Program-made: the position numbers and the translations under genes
In this document: positions 24,145-37,270 of the stretch, one piece after another
Position numbering within the stretch: position 1 is the stretch's first letter
Layout of the letters: each line of letters opens with the position of its first letter
The notes under the pieces: generated by a model
Database searches by the model: none
The model's input: the letters and a program-made list of their open reading frames with translations, nothing else
What the model was told of the DNA's origin: nothing
DNA from: Mobula hypostoma
Taxonomy: Eukaryota
NCBI RefSeq assembly: GCF_963921235.1
Contig: NC_086097.1
Span: 100,070,001-100,134,000 of the forward strand
Direction of reading: 5' to 3'
Length of the DNA: 64,000 nucleotides

Positions 24145-26207
24145 AGCTCAAGGTTCACTTCTTATCAAAGCACATATATGTCACCATATACAACCCTGAG
24201 AGTCACTTTCATTGCGGGCATACTCAATAAATCCAATAACCATAATAGAATCAATGAAAGACTGCACCAACAGGGCGGAAATGGAGTGTAAATACAAAAA
24301 TAAAAAATAATAGTAAATAAGTGATAAATATTGAGAACATGAGATGAAGAGTCCTTGAAAATGAGGTCATAGGCTGTGGGAACATTTCAATGATGGGGCA
24401 AGTGAAGTTATCCGCTTTGGTTCAAGAGCCTGATGATTGAGGAGTAATAACTGTTCCTGAAAGTGGTGGTGTGAGTCCTGAGGCTCTTGTACCTCCTTCC
24501 TGATAGCAGCAGTGAGATGAAAACATGAGCTGGGTGGTGGGAGTCCCTGGTGATGGATGCTGCTTTCCTCTGACAACGCTCTGTGTAGATGTGCTGAATG
24601 GTGGGGAGGGCTTTTCCTGTGATAGACTGGGCTGCCTCCACTACTTCTTGCAGGAGTTTCTGTTCAGGCTGTGGTGCAGCCCGATAATATGTTTTCCACC
24701 ACATATCTGCAGAAGTTTGTCAAGGTTATAGATGTCACGCAGAATCTTCGCAAACTCCTATGGAAGTAGAGGTGCTGTCGTGCTTTCTTCATAATGGCAC
24801 CTACATGCTGGGCCCAGGACAGGTCTTCTGAAATGAGGAATTTAAGGTTGCTAGACCTCTTCACCTCTGATTCTCTGGTGAGGACTGGCTCCTGGACTGC
24901 TGGTTTCCTCCTCTTGAAGTCAATAATCAGCTCCTTGGTCTTGCTGAGAATGAGTGAGAAGCTGTTGTTGTTGTGGCACCATTCAGCCCGATTTTCAGTC
25001 TCCCTACAAGCTGGTTCGTCACCACCTTTGATTCAGTGTATGACAGTGGTGTCATCAGCAAACTTGAATATGGTTTGAAGGTTCATTCTATTGTCAAAGT
25101 ATGTATGTGCAATACAGTCCTGATATTCGCCTTCTCCAGATAGCCATTGAAATACAGAAAAGGGAAAAAATATCAACCCCCTCCATGCATGGCAAAGAAA
25201 AAGAAACAAAACTCGCAAACCCTAACCCGCCCCCCCATCCCCTCCATTGCACAAAAGCTAACAGATCTCTCTCATTGAAAACGGCAACTGGGACATCAAG
25301 CCCCAAACCCCCAATTCCCTCTATCACAAAAAAAGCAGTGAAAATAGCATCAAACCCCAAACCCCCTGCTCATACACTAAAGCTAACAGATCGCCAACAC
25401 AGAAGAACCAACAGCCCCCAAACCCCCATCCCTTCCATCTCAAAAAACAAACACATCACCCACCCAGAACTCTAACCTACCAATCAGCAACAAGAAATAA
25501 TTCACAGAATCTGAAGGAGAACACTATAAACTACAGTCTAATAATCACATAAATCTTAATTTCAAAAACAGTGTCCCATCAGAATTTAACTCAGTCCTTC
25601 TGTGAAGAGCAACTGCTGGTCCGTTGACCTGTCACTTTCTGAACCCTGCCAACTGGGCTACCAACCCTTTGACCCATGGCCTCCATGAAGAGCGCCCACT
25701 GACCACCTCTGCATTCACCTTGGTGCTTCAATCTTCCTTGATGCTTCGAAATGGAGTCGATCACGGACTCACCCCCGTCTCTGGTCTTTTCTATGAGCTT
25801 GCTCTCGGTAGTCTCTGGGAACAGCAGAGTGCTAGGTCATTTGATCAAACTCCAAACTGCACGTCACAGGCTCCAATGGTTTTCGAAGCACAATCAAGAC
25901 CAAAAGAACAAGCAGAAGACGTGGAGAACATGAAATAATTGAAGAGATTGGCTATCTGGAAGATGTCCAAGGAACCATTGCTCGCTGGCGTTATCTTGAC
26001 TGGAAGTCATAAGGCATTGGAGCTGTGCTTAGCCTCACAGTCATAAGTATTAAGTGAGTAGAGCAGGGGGCTAAGCGCATAGCCTTGTGGTGCACCTGTG
26101 CTGATGGAGATTGTGGAGGAAATGTTGTCGACAATCCAAACTGACTGGGGTCTGCAACTGAGGAAATCAAGGATCCAATTGCAGAAGGAGGTATTGAGGA
26201 ACTGTAT
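24145..26207 (-). mobile_element. Rex1/Babar LINE fragment interrupted by a non-coding element at 25075-26007
   Basis: [70 protein letters not shown]. Confidence 0.85.
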
Positions 26208-26214
26208 TGGTCCT

Positions 26215-27855
26215 GAAAAAGGATCTAGTGCTTTCCTGATGTATATGACCAATATTTGTGTTGGTGCTGCTTCCAACACCCATGCTGAGGTCATCGTTGT
26301 AATCAGCTCTGTCTCCAGTTTCTGCCCTGCCCTCAAAATTGCTTGGTCCCTCAGATACCTCTCTCTCCCCTTGATCTTTCTGTCTCCATCTCTGGAGACA
26401 CACTGTCTGCTGATATTTTTGATAAACATGCTGACTCTTGCAGCTATCTTGACTATATCTCTGTCCACCCTGTCGCTTGTAAAAATGCTATTTCCTGTTT
26501 TGTTTCTCTGTTTCCACCAGATCTGTTCTCAGGATGATGCTTTTCATTCCGAAACATCTGAGATACCCTCCTCCTTCAAAGAATGGGGTTTCTGTCCTTG
26601 GGTGTTGCCCTCACCTGCATCTTCTGGACATGCCCCCTTGCCCATCTTGCCACTGGTATAACAGTTCTTCTTGTCTTTACCTACTACCTCCACATCCAGC
26701 ACATCATTCTCTATAAATTACACCATTCTCAATGAGACTCTACCACTAAACAATCTATTCTTCATCCCCACTCTCTACTCTCCACAGGGATTGTTTTCTT
26801 CGTGACTCCCTTGTCCTCTTGCCCTCCTCATAGATCTCCCTCCTAGCATTTATCTCTGCAAGCAGGACAAGTGTTTCACCTGCTCCTGCACCTCTTCCCT
26901 CACCACCATTCAGGGCCCCAAACAGTACTTCCAGGTGAGTTAACACCTCAGTCGCGGTCTGTGGGAGACCTGATGTAGGCTGGGGAACCGTTTTGTTGAG
27001 CACCTTTGCTTTGTCTGCCACAAAAGGCAGGATTTCCTGGTGGCCACCCATTTCCATTCCACTTTCCATACCCATTCCCATTCCAACATGTCAGTCCATG
27101 GCCTCTACTGCCACAATGAGGCCACTCTCAGTTTGGAGGAGCAATGCCTCATATTCCACCTGGGTAGCCTCTAACCTGATGGCATGAACATCGATTTCTC
27201 TAAATCCTGGCAATTTCTAACCCGCCTTCTCTTTCTCCGTTCCCCATTCTGGCTCTTACCCTTTCCCTTCTTCTCACCCCCCTCTTGTGCATAAATGGAC
27301 ATTGAACCCATGAACACTACCTCACTTCTGTTATTTCTGTTTTTGTACTAGTTTTAATTTAACTATTTAATGTGTGTGTGTCTGTGTGTGTGTGTCCACA
27401 CACGTATACTTACTTATGTTTTTCTATATTGTCATGTATTGCATTGTAATGCTGCTGCTAAGTTATCAAATTTCATGACAAATGCTGTGATATTAATCCT
27501 GATTCTGATCCTAATTCTCCTCCCTTCTTCCATGATCCACTGTCCCATAGCCTATCAGATTCATTCTTCTTCAGCTCTTCATCCCTTCCACCTTTTCGTT
27601 CCCAGCTTCTCATTTCATCCCTCCTCCCACAGCCGCACACCTTCCTCTTGCCTGGTTTCACCAGCTTATTTTCCTTCTGCTCCCACCCCTACCTTTGTAC
27701 TCTGGCTTCTTACCCCATTCTTCACAGTCCTGATGGAGGTTCTCTGCTCAAAATGTCAACTCCTCTTTATAGATGCTGCCTGACCTGTTGAGTTCCTCCA
27801 ACGTTTTGTGTGCGTTGGCCTGGACTTCCAGCATCTGCAGAATCTCTTGTGTTTG
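26215..27855 (+). mobile_element. Degraded Penelope element: RT C-terminus, GIY-YIG remnant and 3' UTR
   Basis: [44 protein letters not shown]; ends CCAGCATCTGCAGAATCTCTTGTGTTT; a Rex1-type tail is inserted at ~27290-27510. Confidence 0.8.
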
Positions 27856-28289
27856 ATATTCTGCCTGCTCCTCACGGTTCAGCAAGTGGTTCCAAATCTT
27901 TTTCTATTTGTTAGCTAATCAAGTGGTGGTCTGCAAGGCTCTCTGGGCACAAAAAGGGACGATGGATTCTGTCAGGCAGTTCCCTGGGCAAACCATCAAA
28001 GTCATTTGGGTAGAATGCCTTCTCACCATAACACTTGATAAACCGCTTGGCTGGATGACAGTGAGAAGGGCCCTCTCACTGTGTGCATAGCATAGCCCTC
28101 TCAACACTACTGACCTTGTGGGGATGAGACATTAGTCTGTTTCCTGGATTGTGTTTACCTAATAAGGCCTGGGAAAGGTTCATCTCAAACACATACTGAA
28201 GTCTACTTCACATGGGGTCTGTTGGGTACCTGCAGATCAAGCATGGTATACTGCTGGGATGTCATGGGGTCTGTTGGTTACCTGCAGAT

Positions 28290-29485
28290 TGTATATTTGG
28301 ATTTTCAGAAGGCCTTTGATAAGGTGCCACACATGAGGCTACTTAACAAGATAAGAGCCCATGGAATTACAGGAAAGTTACATACGTGGATAAAGCGTTG
28401 GCTGATTGGCAGGAAACAGGGAGTGGGAATAAAGGGGTCCTATTCTGGTTGGCTGCTGGTTACCAGTGGTGTTCCACAGGGGTCCGTGTTGGGGCCGCTT
28501 CTTTTTAAACGTTGTACATCAATGATTTGGATTATGGAATAGATGGCTTTGTGGCTAAGCTTGCTGATGATACGAAGATAGATGGAGGGGCCGGTAGTGC
28601 TGAGGAAACGGAGAGTCTGCAGAGAGACTTGGATAGATTGGAAGAATGGGCAAAGAAGTGGCAAATGAAATACAATGTTGGAAAGTGTATGGTTATGCAC
28701 TTTGGCGGAAGAAATAAACGGGAAGACTATTATTTAAATGGGGAGAGAATTCAAAGTTCTGAGATGCAACGGGACTTGGGAGTCCTCGTACAGGATACCC
28801 TTAAGGTTAACCTCCAGGTTGAGTCGGTGGTGAAGAATGCGAATGCAATGTTGGCATTCATTTCTAGAGGAATAGAGTACAGGAGCAGGGATGTGATGTT
28901 GAGGCTCTATAAGGCGCTGGTGAGACCTCACTTGGAGTACTGTGGGCAGTTTTGGTCTCCTTATTTAAGAAAGGATGTGCTGACGTTGGAGAGAAGATTC
29001 ACTAGAATGATTCTGGGAATGAGAGGGTTAACATATGAGGAACGTTTGTCCGCACTTGGACTGTATTCCTCTTAGCTTAGAAGAATGAGGGGAGACCTGC
29101 TAGAAACATTTCGAACATTGAAAGGCATGGACAGAGTGGATGTGGCAAAGTTGTTTCCCATGATGGGGGAGTCTAGTATGAGAGGGCATGACTTAAGGAT
29201 TGAAGGGCAGCCATTCAGAACAGAAATGCGAAGAAATTTTTTTAGTCAGAGGGTGGTGAATCTATGGAATTTGCTACCATGGGCAGCAGTGGAGGCCAAG
29301 TCATTGGGTGTATTTAAGGCAGAGATTGATAGGTATCTGAGTAGCCAGGGCATCAAAGGTTATGGTGAGAAGGCGGGGGAATGGGACTAAATGGGAGAAT
29401 GGATCAGCTCATGATGGAATGGCGGAACAGACTCGATAGGCCGAATGGCCGGATTCTGCTCCTTTGTCTTTTGGTCTATGGTCTT
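28290..29485 (+). mobile_element. 5'-truncated CR1 LINE
   Basis: YLDFQKAFDKVPH, GVPQGSVLGP, LADDTK, RPHLEYC; frameshift near 28510; ATGGTCTT-type tail. Confidence 0.92.
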
Positions 29486-29674
29486 ATGTCATGGGGTCCG
29501 TGGTGAATTGGCTGTTTGGATTCAGAACCGGCTTACGCATAGGAGAGGGGGTAGTGGTTGAAGGGAGTTATTTGAGTTGGAGGTCTGTAATTAATGGAGT
29601 TCTGCAGGGATCTGTACTGGGACCTCTGCTGTTTGTGATGTATATAAATAACCTAGATGAAAACATAGGTGGGT

Positions 29675-30821
29675 AATAAATTTATCCTGTCAAGTTCTAT
29701 CATATCTATTTTTTTCTTTCAACCATCTAGAATTGATCAAGCTTTTCTTTTATGGAAAACAAAGGGAATAACATTTTTTCGTGATTTATTCATGGATGAT
29801 TGTTTTATGTCTTTTGAACAGTTATCTAATAAATATAATTTGCCTACATCACACTTATTCAGATATTTACAGATTAGAAACTTTCTGAATGTTATTTTAC
29901 CTACCTTTCCAATATCATATCAAATTGAAGTTACAGAAAAATTTTTAAGGTTAAATCCATATCAGAAAAGTTTAATATCATTTATTTATGATTTAATTAT
30001 GAAAATATGCTTAGGTACTTCCGATAAAATTAAGAATGAGTGGGAAAGAGAACTTCAGATACCTTTACCTACAGAGAAATGGGAGAAAATTCTTCAACTA
30101 GTTAATACTTCTTCAATGTGTGCCAGACACACTTTGATACAATACATAGGGCTCATATGTCAAGGATAAGTTAGCTCATTTTTACTGCCACATAAATCCT
30201 GTTTGTGATAGATGTAATTCTGAGGTAGCTTCCTTGACACATATGTTCTGGTCTTGTCCTCTTCTAGAAAAATATTGGAAAGATATTTTTGATATATTTC
30301 AGTAGTTCTGCATATTGATTTACAACCTCATCCTATTACTGCAATTTTTGGGCTATCAGTAATAGACTCCAGTCATTTATCCGCATCAGCTTGTTGTCTA
30401 ATTGCATTTGTTACATTAATAGCCAGAAGATCCATTTTACTTAAATGATCCCCCTACTACATTTCAATGGTTTTCCCAAACGACAGCATGCCTAAACTTG
30501 GAAAAAATTAGGAGCAGTACTATGGATCCTTCAGTTAAATTTGAAAAAAATTGGAGGCCATTTATTCAATATTTTCATATGATGTAAGTTGACCCTTTAT
30601 GGATCATTTGTAGTAATTTTTTGTTCATGTATAGGGGAGCGGAGTTAACGACAAATAATAATTTTAGCCGATGTAATATGACAGCCCAATCTTTTTTTTA
30701 GTTTAGAGGTTTTTTTTTCTCTTTATAAAATATCTTTTTCATGGTTAGTTACTACGAGATTGGGAGGCTAAATTGTTATGTTTATTAATTTTGAAACTTC
30801 ATAAAAAGATTGAAAAAGAAA
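29675..30821 (+). mobile_element. 5'-truncated L1-clade LINE (ORF2 C-terminus with CCHC finger) nested in an older CR1
   Basis: LFRYLQIRNF, WEREL and CDRCNSEVASLTHMFWSCP; A-rich end; TSD GAAAACATAGGTGGGT (29659-29674) / GAAAATATTGGTGGGT (30822-30837); the CR1 reading frame resumes after it. Confidence 0.9.
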
Positions 30822-30920
30822 GAAAATATTGGTGGGTCAGTTAGTGAGTTTGTGGATGATTCCAAGATTGGTGGAGTTGTGGATAGTGTGGAAAGTAAGT
30901 AAAGAATACAGCATGATATA

Positions 30921-31630
30921 GAACACATACCAATCCTCATAGAGGGATCAGAAGTGGAAAAAGTGAGCAGTTTCAAGTTTTTGGGTGTCAAGATCTCTGA
31001 GGATCTAACCTGGTCCCAACATATCGATGCAGTTATCAAGAAGGCAAGACAGTGACTGTACTTCATTAGGAGTTTAAAGAGATTTGGCATGTCAACAAAT
31101 GTACTTAAAAATTTCTATTGATGTACCGTGGTGAGCATTCTGACAGGCTGCATCACTGTCTGGAATTAGGGGGTGGGGTGACTACTGCACAGGACCAAAA
31201 GAAGCTGCAGAGGGTTGTAAATTTAGTCAGCTCCATCGTGGGTACTAGCCTACAAAGTTCCCAGGACATCTTTAGGGATTGGTGTCTCAGAAAGGCAGTG
31301 TCCATTATTAAGGACCTCCAGCACCCAGGGCATGTCCTTTTCTCACTGTTACCATCAGGTTGGAGGTACAGAAACCTGAAGGCACACACTCAGTGATTCA
31401 GGAACAGCTTCTTCCCCTCTGCCATCCAATTCCTAAATGGATATTGAACCCATGAACACTACCTCACTTTTTAAATATATATTATTTCTGTTTTTTGCAC
31501 GTTTTTAAATCTATTCAATATACGTATACTGTAATTGATTTACTTATTTATTATTATTATTTTATTTTGTGTTTTTTTTCTTCCAGATTATGTACTGCAT
31601 TGAACTGCTGCTGCTAAGTTAACAATTTCA
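30921..31630 (+). mobile_element. Rex1/Babar 3' fragment
   Basis: VEKVSSFKFLGVKISEDLTWSQHIDAVIKKARQ, HPGHVLFSLLPSGWRYR, FRNSFFPSAI. Confidence 0.88.
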
Positions 31631-32443
31631 GGGGGGATGCGAAGGGTAGGCTTTTTACTCAGAGTGATGGGATGCATGGAAGGTGCTGCCTGGTCGAGGC
31701 AAATACATCAGAGGCTCTTAAGAAATGTTTGATAGGCACATGGATGTAAGGAAGCTGGAGGGATATGAACATGGTGTAGGTAGGAGGGATTAGTGTTTGG
31801 GTGTTTTTGTTTTGCTTTTTAGCTGGTACAGCACAACATTGTGGGCTGAGTGGCCTGTTCCTGTGCTGTATTATTTGATGTTCTATGCTGTCAGCTTATT
31901 GAAAGACATTTACTAGCCTGTCCAAATATTGCTGCTTTTCCAGCGTGAGAAACTGTTCACGTCTGAATGCTCTGGACTGCAGACTGTGTCCTCGGGGCTC
32001 GCTGAAGCTTGATACAGCTGCCGTGGAGGCACTGTGGGAAAAGGGTACGTCAGGGCTCTGGGACCAAGGTGGAAATATCTGAGACTGCGACCTCATGCAG
32101 TGTGTATGATGGCAAGTAGAGGCCATGCTGGTATAACGTGAAAAGAATTTGAGGCTTCTCCTGAGACTGGTGACATAAATGCTGAGCTGCATCTTTGCAA
32201 AAGTAGTATTGTTTGCATAAATATTGGACATGTTTGACGTTAAAATTTCTGTATTGGTTTTCTATCTTCAGTTTTTTCTGTCATCCCTCTTCCAGTATTT
32301 CATTGATCTTTCTCTCTTCTCCCTTCCTCCCCAGCACAAACTTTGAAGTGTGGACACAGGGGACCAAGTCCCTTCTGTAGCAAGCCCTGTGAATGGGGAG
32401 TGAATTTGTTCTTTGGGATTACTTTAATATGAGTTGTCAAGAA

Positions 32444-32877
32444 CTTGCTTACTACCCGTTACGCCGCCGGTGTTTAGGGCAGTAATGAGGGTCTCCATCT
32501 CTATCTATCCTTGGCCATTCCAGAGACCAATTTTGGTCTTGGTCTTGGCAGTGTTCAGCGTTTCCTTCATTGCGCCTGTAGTTTTCACTTCTGCAACTCC
32601 CGGGTGGAGACTCAGGAATACCGCTGCACATAGATGTAGGAGGATTCTTCATTGCTGTTTCTGCAACAGTTTTGCTTGACCATTCAGGGTTGTTAGCCCT
32701 GAACCTAGAGGACTGATGGGCCACTCTTTGTCTGGCCTCTACCTTTGACCTGCTTGGAATGGGTGACCCTACCAAGAGCCAAAGCATAAAGCCTGGACTC
32801 CAGCCAGCATAGCCCTCCAGGTCATTGAGACACGCAAGCCTCCAAACCACGACGAAGTTGTGGTCCTCTTGGAGGAG
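32444..32877 (-). mobile_element. Short non-autonomous bipartite RTE-derived element
   Basis: Flanks GAGTTGTCA at 32431-32439 and 32875-32883; RTE-like 3' end (..TGCCCTAAACACCGGCGGCGTAACGGGTAGTAAG); 5' motif shared with 11902-12330. Confidence 0.78.
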
Positions 32878-33419
32878 TTGTCAGTAAGTTTGGATTTTAC
32901 TGGTGTTGGACCCGATGCTTGCACTGTTTTAGCGGAAAGATTTTCCTGCTAAGCACCGTGAGAGGAAATGGAGGTCTATTTTCTTTTTTAGTGAAATGTC
33001 TTTGTAATGAATTGATTTATCAAACACTTTATACGGTTGTGCTCCCACTTTGATGTCAGTAGTTGCAACAGCAGCATAGAGACTGAGTTTGATCTGTATG
33101 AAACCCATTTATATTTATCTGCCCATTTGTATATCAGTGTGAGGTGGGTTAGCAATGTTTGCTTAAGAATCCTAAGAGACTTCAGTTTTCAAAGTTCAAA
33201 GTAAATTTATTATCGAAGTATGTATATGTCACCATATACCACCCTGAGATTCATTTTCTTGCAGTAGAACAAAAGAAGAATCAATGAAACATTACACACA
33301 AAGACTGACAATGCTGATGTGCAAACCAAGACAAACTGAGCAAATACAAATCACCCAAATAAATTAACAAGTAGATGGTATGCTACAGAATCCGGGGCGA
33401 AGAAGTTCCCACTGGCCTG

Positions 33420-33752
33420 GATGAAAGGTTGGATTGCTTGGGGCACTGAAATGAGGTCAGGGCAGAGGAGATTCATGGCCCGTACAACTGGTCCGAGTGA
33501 AAGGTTGAATTGCTCGGGGCACTGAAATGAGGTCAGGGCAGAGGAGATTCATAACCTGTACAACTGGCCCAGGTGTGACGTTGGATTTCTCGGGGCACTG
33601 GAAGGAGGTCAGGGCAGAGGAGATTCATGGCCCGTACAACTGGCACGAGTGAAAGGTTGGATTGCTCGGGACACTGAAGTGAGGTCAGGGCAGAGGGGAT
33701 TCATGGCCTGTACAAATAGCTCGGTGAAAGGTTGGATCCCTCTGGGCACTGA
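33420..33752. repeat. 76-bp minisatellite x~4.4 inside a non-coding element (33380-34280)
   Basis: Unit restarts at 33422, 33498, 33574, 33650 and 33725; GAGGTCAGGGCAGAGG.GATTCAT occurs four times. Confidence 0.92.
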
Positions 33753-35774
33753 GCTGGTTTGAAGAGCTTGAGAGTGGCTTCTGGTGGGTTGGTGAAATCC
33801 AGGCCCGGGGCCTTTCATAGCAGCATTGCATGGGTCCTAGTGCAAGGTACAATGTGCTGTTTAGACTGTTTAAGCGCTGGCCCAGATCAGAGGCGAGGTC
33901 CAGTTTTGCCCACTCATGGTCATTCTCTATCTAGGATGCAGAGCCTTGCGCTGTTCCATTGTTGTTCCAGCGCTTCGGCTGAAAAGACAAGGTATCAGTG
34001 CCGAATTTGCTTGTTCTCCGTGATGGTCATCTTATGGCGCTGAGGCTATGAAGACTGCTCCGTGCCTGCTGATAGGATGAACCGTTAAGTGAGGCTTTGG
34101 GCCTACTCCAGCTGCTCCGAAGTTTGGATCTGAGGGTTCCTTTTTGGTTCAGAATGCTGTTGTTTTATTTTTATTTTTATTCTTTTTTTCCTTAGTTGGG
34201 TTCTTTCGAGTTTCTTGCTTTGTGGCTACCCAGGAGCAAACAAATCTCAAGGTTGTATAACTTATAAACTCTTTGACAATAAATGAATCTTGAACCTTGA
34301 AATACTGGAAACGTGAGTTAAAGAGTCTTTGAAAGCGAGTCCATAGCTTGTGGAATCAGTTCATTGTTGAGGTGAGTGAAATTATCCATGCGGGTTCGGG
34401 AGCCTGATGGCTGAAGGATAATAACCGTTGCTGAACCTGATGGTGTGGGACCTAAGTCTTGCTTATTCTTGCTGGAAAAGGGCTTGAAATGCAGCAAGCT
34501 TGTGCACATCCACACTTAAATTAGATTCTTCGCTTGCCGTTTGAAGGGTGCATTGTACAAATTACTTATTGACTGTCATGATCCACTCTCTCGAAGTGCT
34601 TGGTGCCTCTGCCTCGTGGCCGTTATTGTTGACGATGGTTTTTGGTTCCATTCTGTTGGTGCTGATCTCACAGAGAAACATTGCTGGGAGGGTGCAGTCT
34701 CGTAGGGTGGTGATCAGCTGCACAAAGTTGCTTGCTCCTTTTTATTATTCCATATCTTCAACTTGATGGACCAGCTGGTTTTCCTGTTTACATCTATAAA
34801 GTCAGCATAGTGCAGATTTGGGGAAGAGGACTTGATTCCTTCCAAGTTTGATTGCCACAAGAACCAATTGACGTAACCCCTGAAGAAATGGTAAGCTGTA
34901 AACTGGTCACTCTGTCCTGATTTACATCATAATCCTTAAGTAGTCCTGTCATTCACCGAGCCTCTGAATGCACTTAATTGTCACACAATATAGTTGGAAC
35001 AATTTTAATACTAAAAGAGTTCCATAACTCTTATTTTATTTTTCATTGGCAAATTATTCTCAGGTTATGGGCAAAGCTGGCATTTGTTTTTCCCGATGTG
35101 GTTGCTCTTGGGAAGATGTTGGCAAGCTGCCTTGTTGGACTGCTTGTTGTGCTTCAGGCTGAGATGCTCCCGCTGTGCAATTAGATAGGGATTTGTAAGG
35201 CAAATGATTTAGACCCAGCAATACTTAAAGTAACAACATTGGATTTCCCAGGCATGATAGTGTGAGCTGAAGGACAGTTTCCAGATAATGTGTATTTTTT
35301 TCTGTGCACCTGCTGCCCTTGATCTTTTGGAGCTTTGAGGTGGTCCTCTGGAGCAACACCACAGTTTATTTTGTAGATCGTGCACATTGCAGCTATGGTA
35401 CGCTAATAGGGGGAGTGGATGTTTGAAGTGGGTACCAGTCTAGTAGATACTACAGAGCTCTTCAATCGGGTAGGTTGTAGAATTCATCCAGATCACTGGA
35501 GGATACTCCTGATGTGCTTTGGTAAATTGAGAGTTAGACTAGTCACCACAGACTAGAGCTTCTGTTGTGTTTTTATAGTATAGCTGCTCCAGTAAAACTA
35601 CTGGTCTGTGCTGATCCCCAGGAGGGTGGATGATTCAATAACAGTCAGACATACAGCATTAGGAACAGGCCTTTTGGCCCACTATCTCCATGCTAACCAG
35701 AAAGCACTTATTACGTTTACCAGCACTTGATCTGTAGCCTTCTCTGTCGTGGCAATTCAGGCGCTCATCCAAGT

Positions 35775-35993
35775 AGCATAGCTGTCAGCGTAACACTGTT
35801 ACAGTGCCAATGACCCAGGTTCAATTCCAGCTGCAGTCTATAAAGCATTTGTACACTCTCCCCTCGACAGCGTGGGTTTCCTCCAGGTGATCTGGTTTCC
35901 TCCTGTATTCCAAAGATTTGCCAGTTAGGTTACTTGGTCACATGAACGTAATTGGGTGGGATGGGGGGGGGACTGTTACTTCTCAATAAATAA
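35775..35993 (+). mobile_element. V-domain tRNA-derived SINE within an old minus-strand CR1 (35645-36560)
   Basis: B-box-like GGTTCAATTCC, then GCGTGGGTTTCCTCCAGGTGATCTGGTTTCCTCC..CCAAAGA. Confidence 0.75.
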
Positions 35994-36914
35994 ATGGTGT
36001 GTAAGTTGCTATCTCCACCACCTTCCTAGGCAGTATAGTCCAGTTTCCAACCATCCTTTAGACTAAACAAAAATTCTAATATGTGTCTCCTCTAAATCTC
36101 TTGTCTCACTTTGAAACTTTGGTTTTCTACACCTCTGCCATGGGAAAGGTTTCTTGCTCTCATAATTTTGCAAAACCTCCATCAGGGTTCCTCTCAGCCG
36201 CTTCTTCTCCAGCCTGGAGCATTCCATCCCAGGCAACGTCCTGGTGAACCTCCTCTGTACCCCGTCCACTGCAATTATGTCCTTCCAACTGCATGGCCAC
36301 CACTCGGCACTGTGGCATAACTGATGTTTTGTAAAGTTGTATCAGGACGTGAACTGTGTGCCCCAGCTAATGAAAGCAGTCACCCCACATGCCAACTTTG
36401 TCACCTCATCTACTCATGCTGCCACCTTCAGGGATCTTCGGAGGTGTATCAAGGGTTCGTTGTTCCTCAATACACCCAAGGCCATATTTTTACTATACAG
36501 GTCTTAACCCCATGCATCACCTCATGCGATCTGGAGTATATTCCATCTGCCATTCCCCTGCCCGAACTGACAGCCTGGGAGGATGGTCAGGCTGGCCTTT
36601 GATTATTTACCTCAAGTGAATGTTGCTTATTGGTTCTTGTTGAATGTGAGCATCGATTGTCTCAGTGCACAGGTACACTTTTGGGCACGCTAAACAAACG
36701 CATTTCTGTGGTGTTTGTATGTACAGTAGAAATGTAGGTCAGTGTTACGAGTTACAGTGAGATCCGTGTGTCACTGCTCATTCAGTCTGCACAGTCCCAC
36801 TCCATGCTGTGCTCATTGAGATCGAAACCTTCTGCCCTATCTCCCCTGGCTGTTGACTTGTTGGATGCAGTTAACAGAAAAACTGAACACTTGAATCTTA
36901 TTTATTTATTTATC

Positions 36915-37270
36915 TTTGGGTTGCAGGAAGTGTAAGGCGCTCTGCCAAAGCCTTCCCTCCGCTCGTCTGCAGGTCACTGTTGGGTGAGGTGTAGCACCTG
37001 CTCAGGCCTCTCCCCCCAATCAGGGTCACATGAGGCCACGGGAGTGTGTGGTGGTTGGTCGTATGAGCAGCTGAGTCCTGGTTATGTGACCATTGACACC
37101 AGGCAGACAATCTCCGAAGTGTATTGATGATGCCTAGGGTCACCTAACTTGCAGAGGCACTGCCCAGAAGAAGGCAATGGCAAACTACTTCTGTAGAAAA
37201 ATTTGTCAGGAGCAATCATTGACATAAGTCATGATCACCTACGTCATACATCACGGCACATGATAATGAT
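36915..37270 (+). mobile_element. RTE-related short element with BovB-like motif
   Basis: AGAAGGCAATGGCAAACTACTTC and a CACGGCACATGATAATGAT tail; TTATCT-like flanks. Confidence 0.6.

Noticed and set aside
16741..33752. Regularly spaced repeats (59, ~78 and 76 bp) as CRISPR-like arrays
   Set aside because: Whole units repeat with no unique spacers; vertebrate context and no cas genes.
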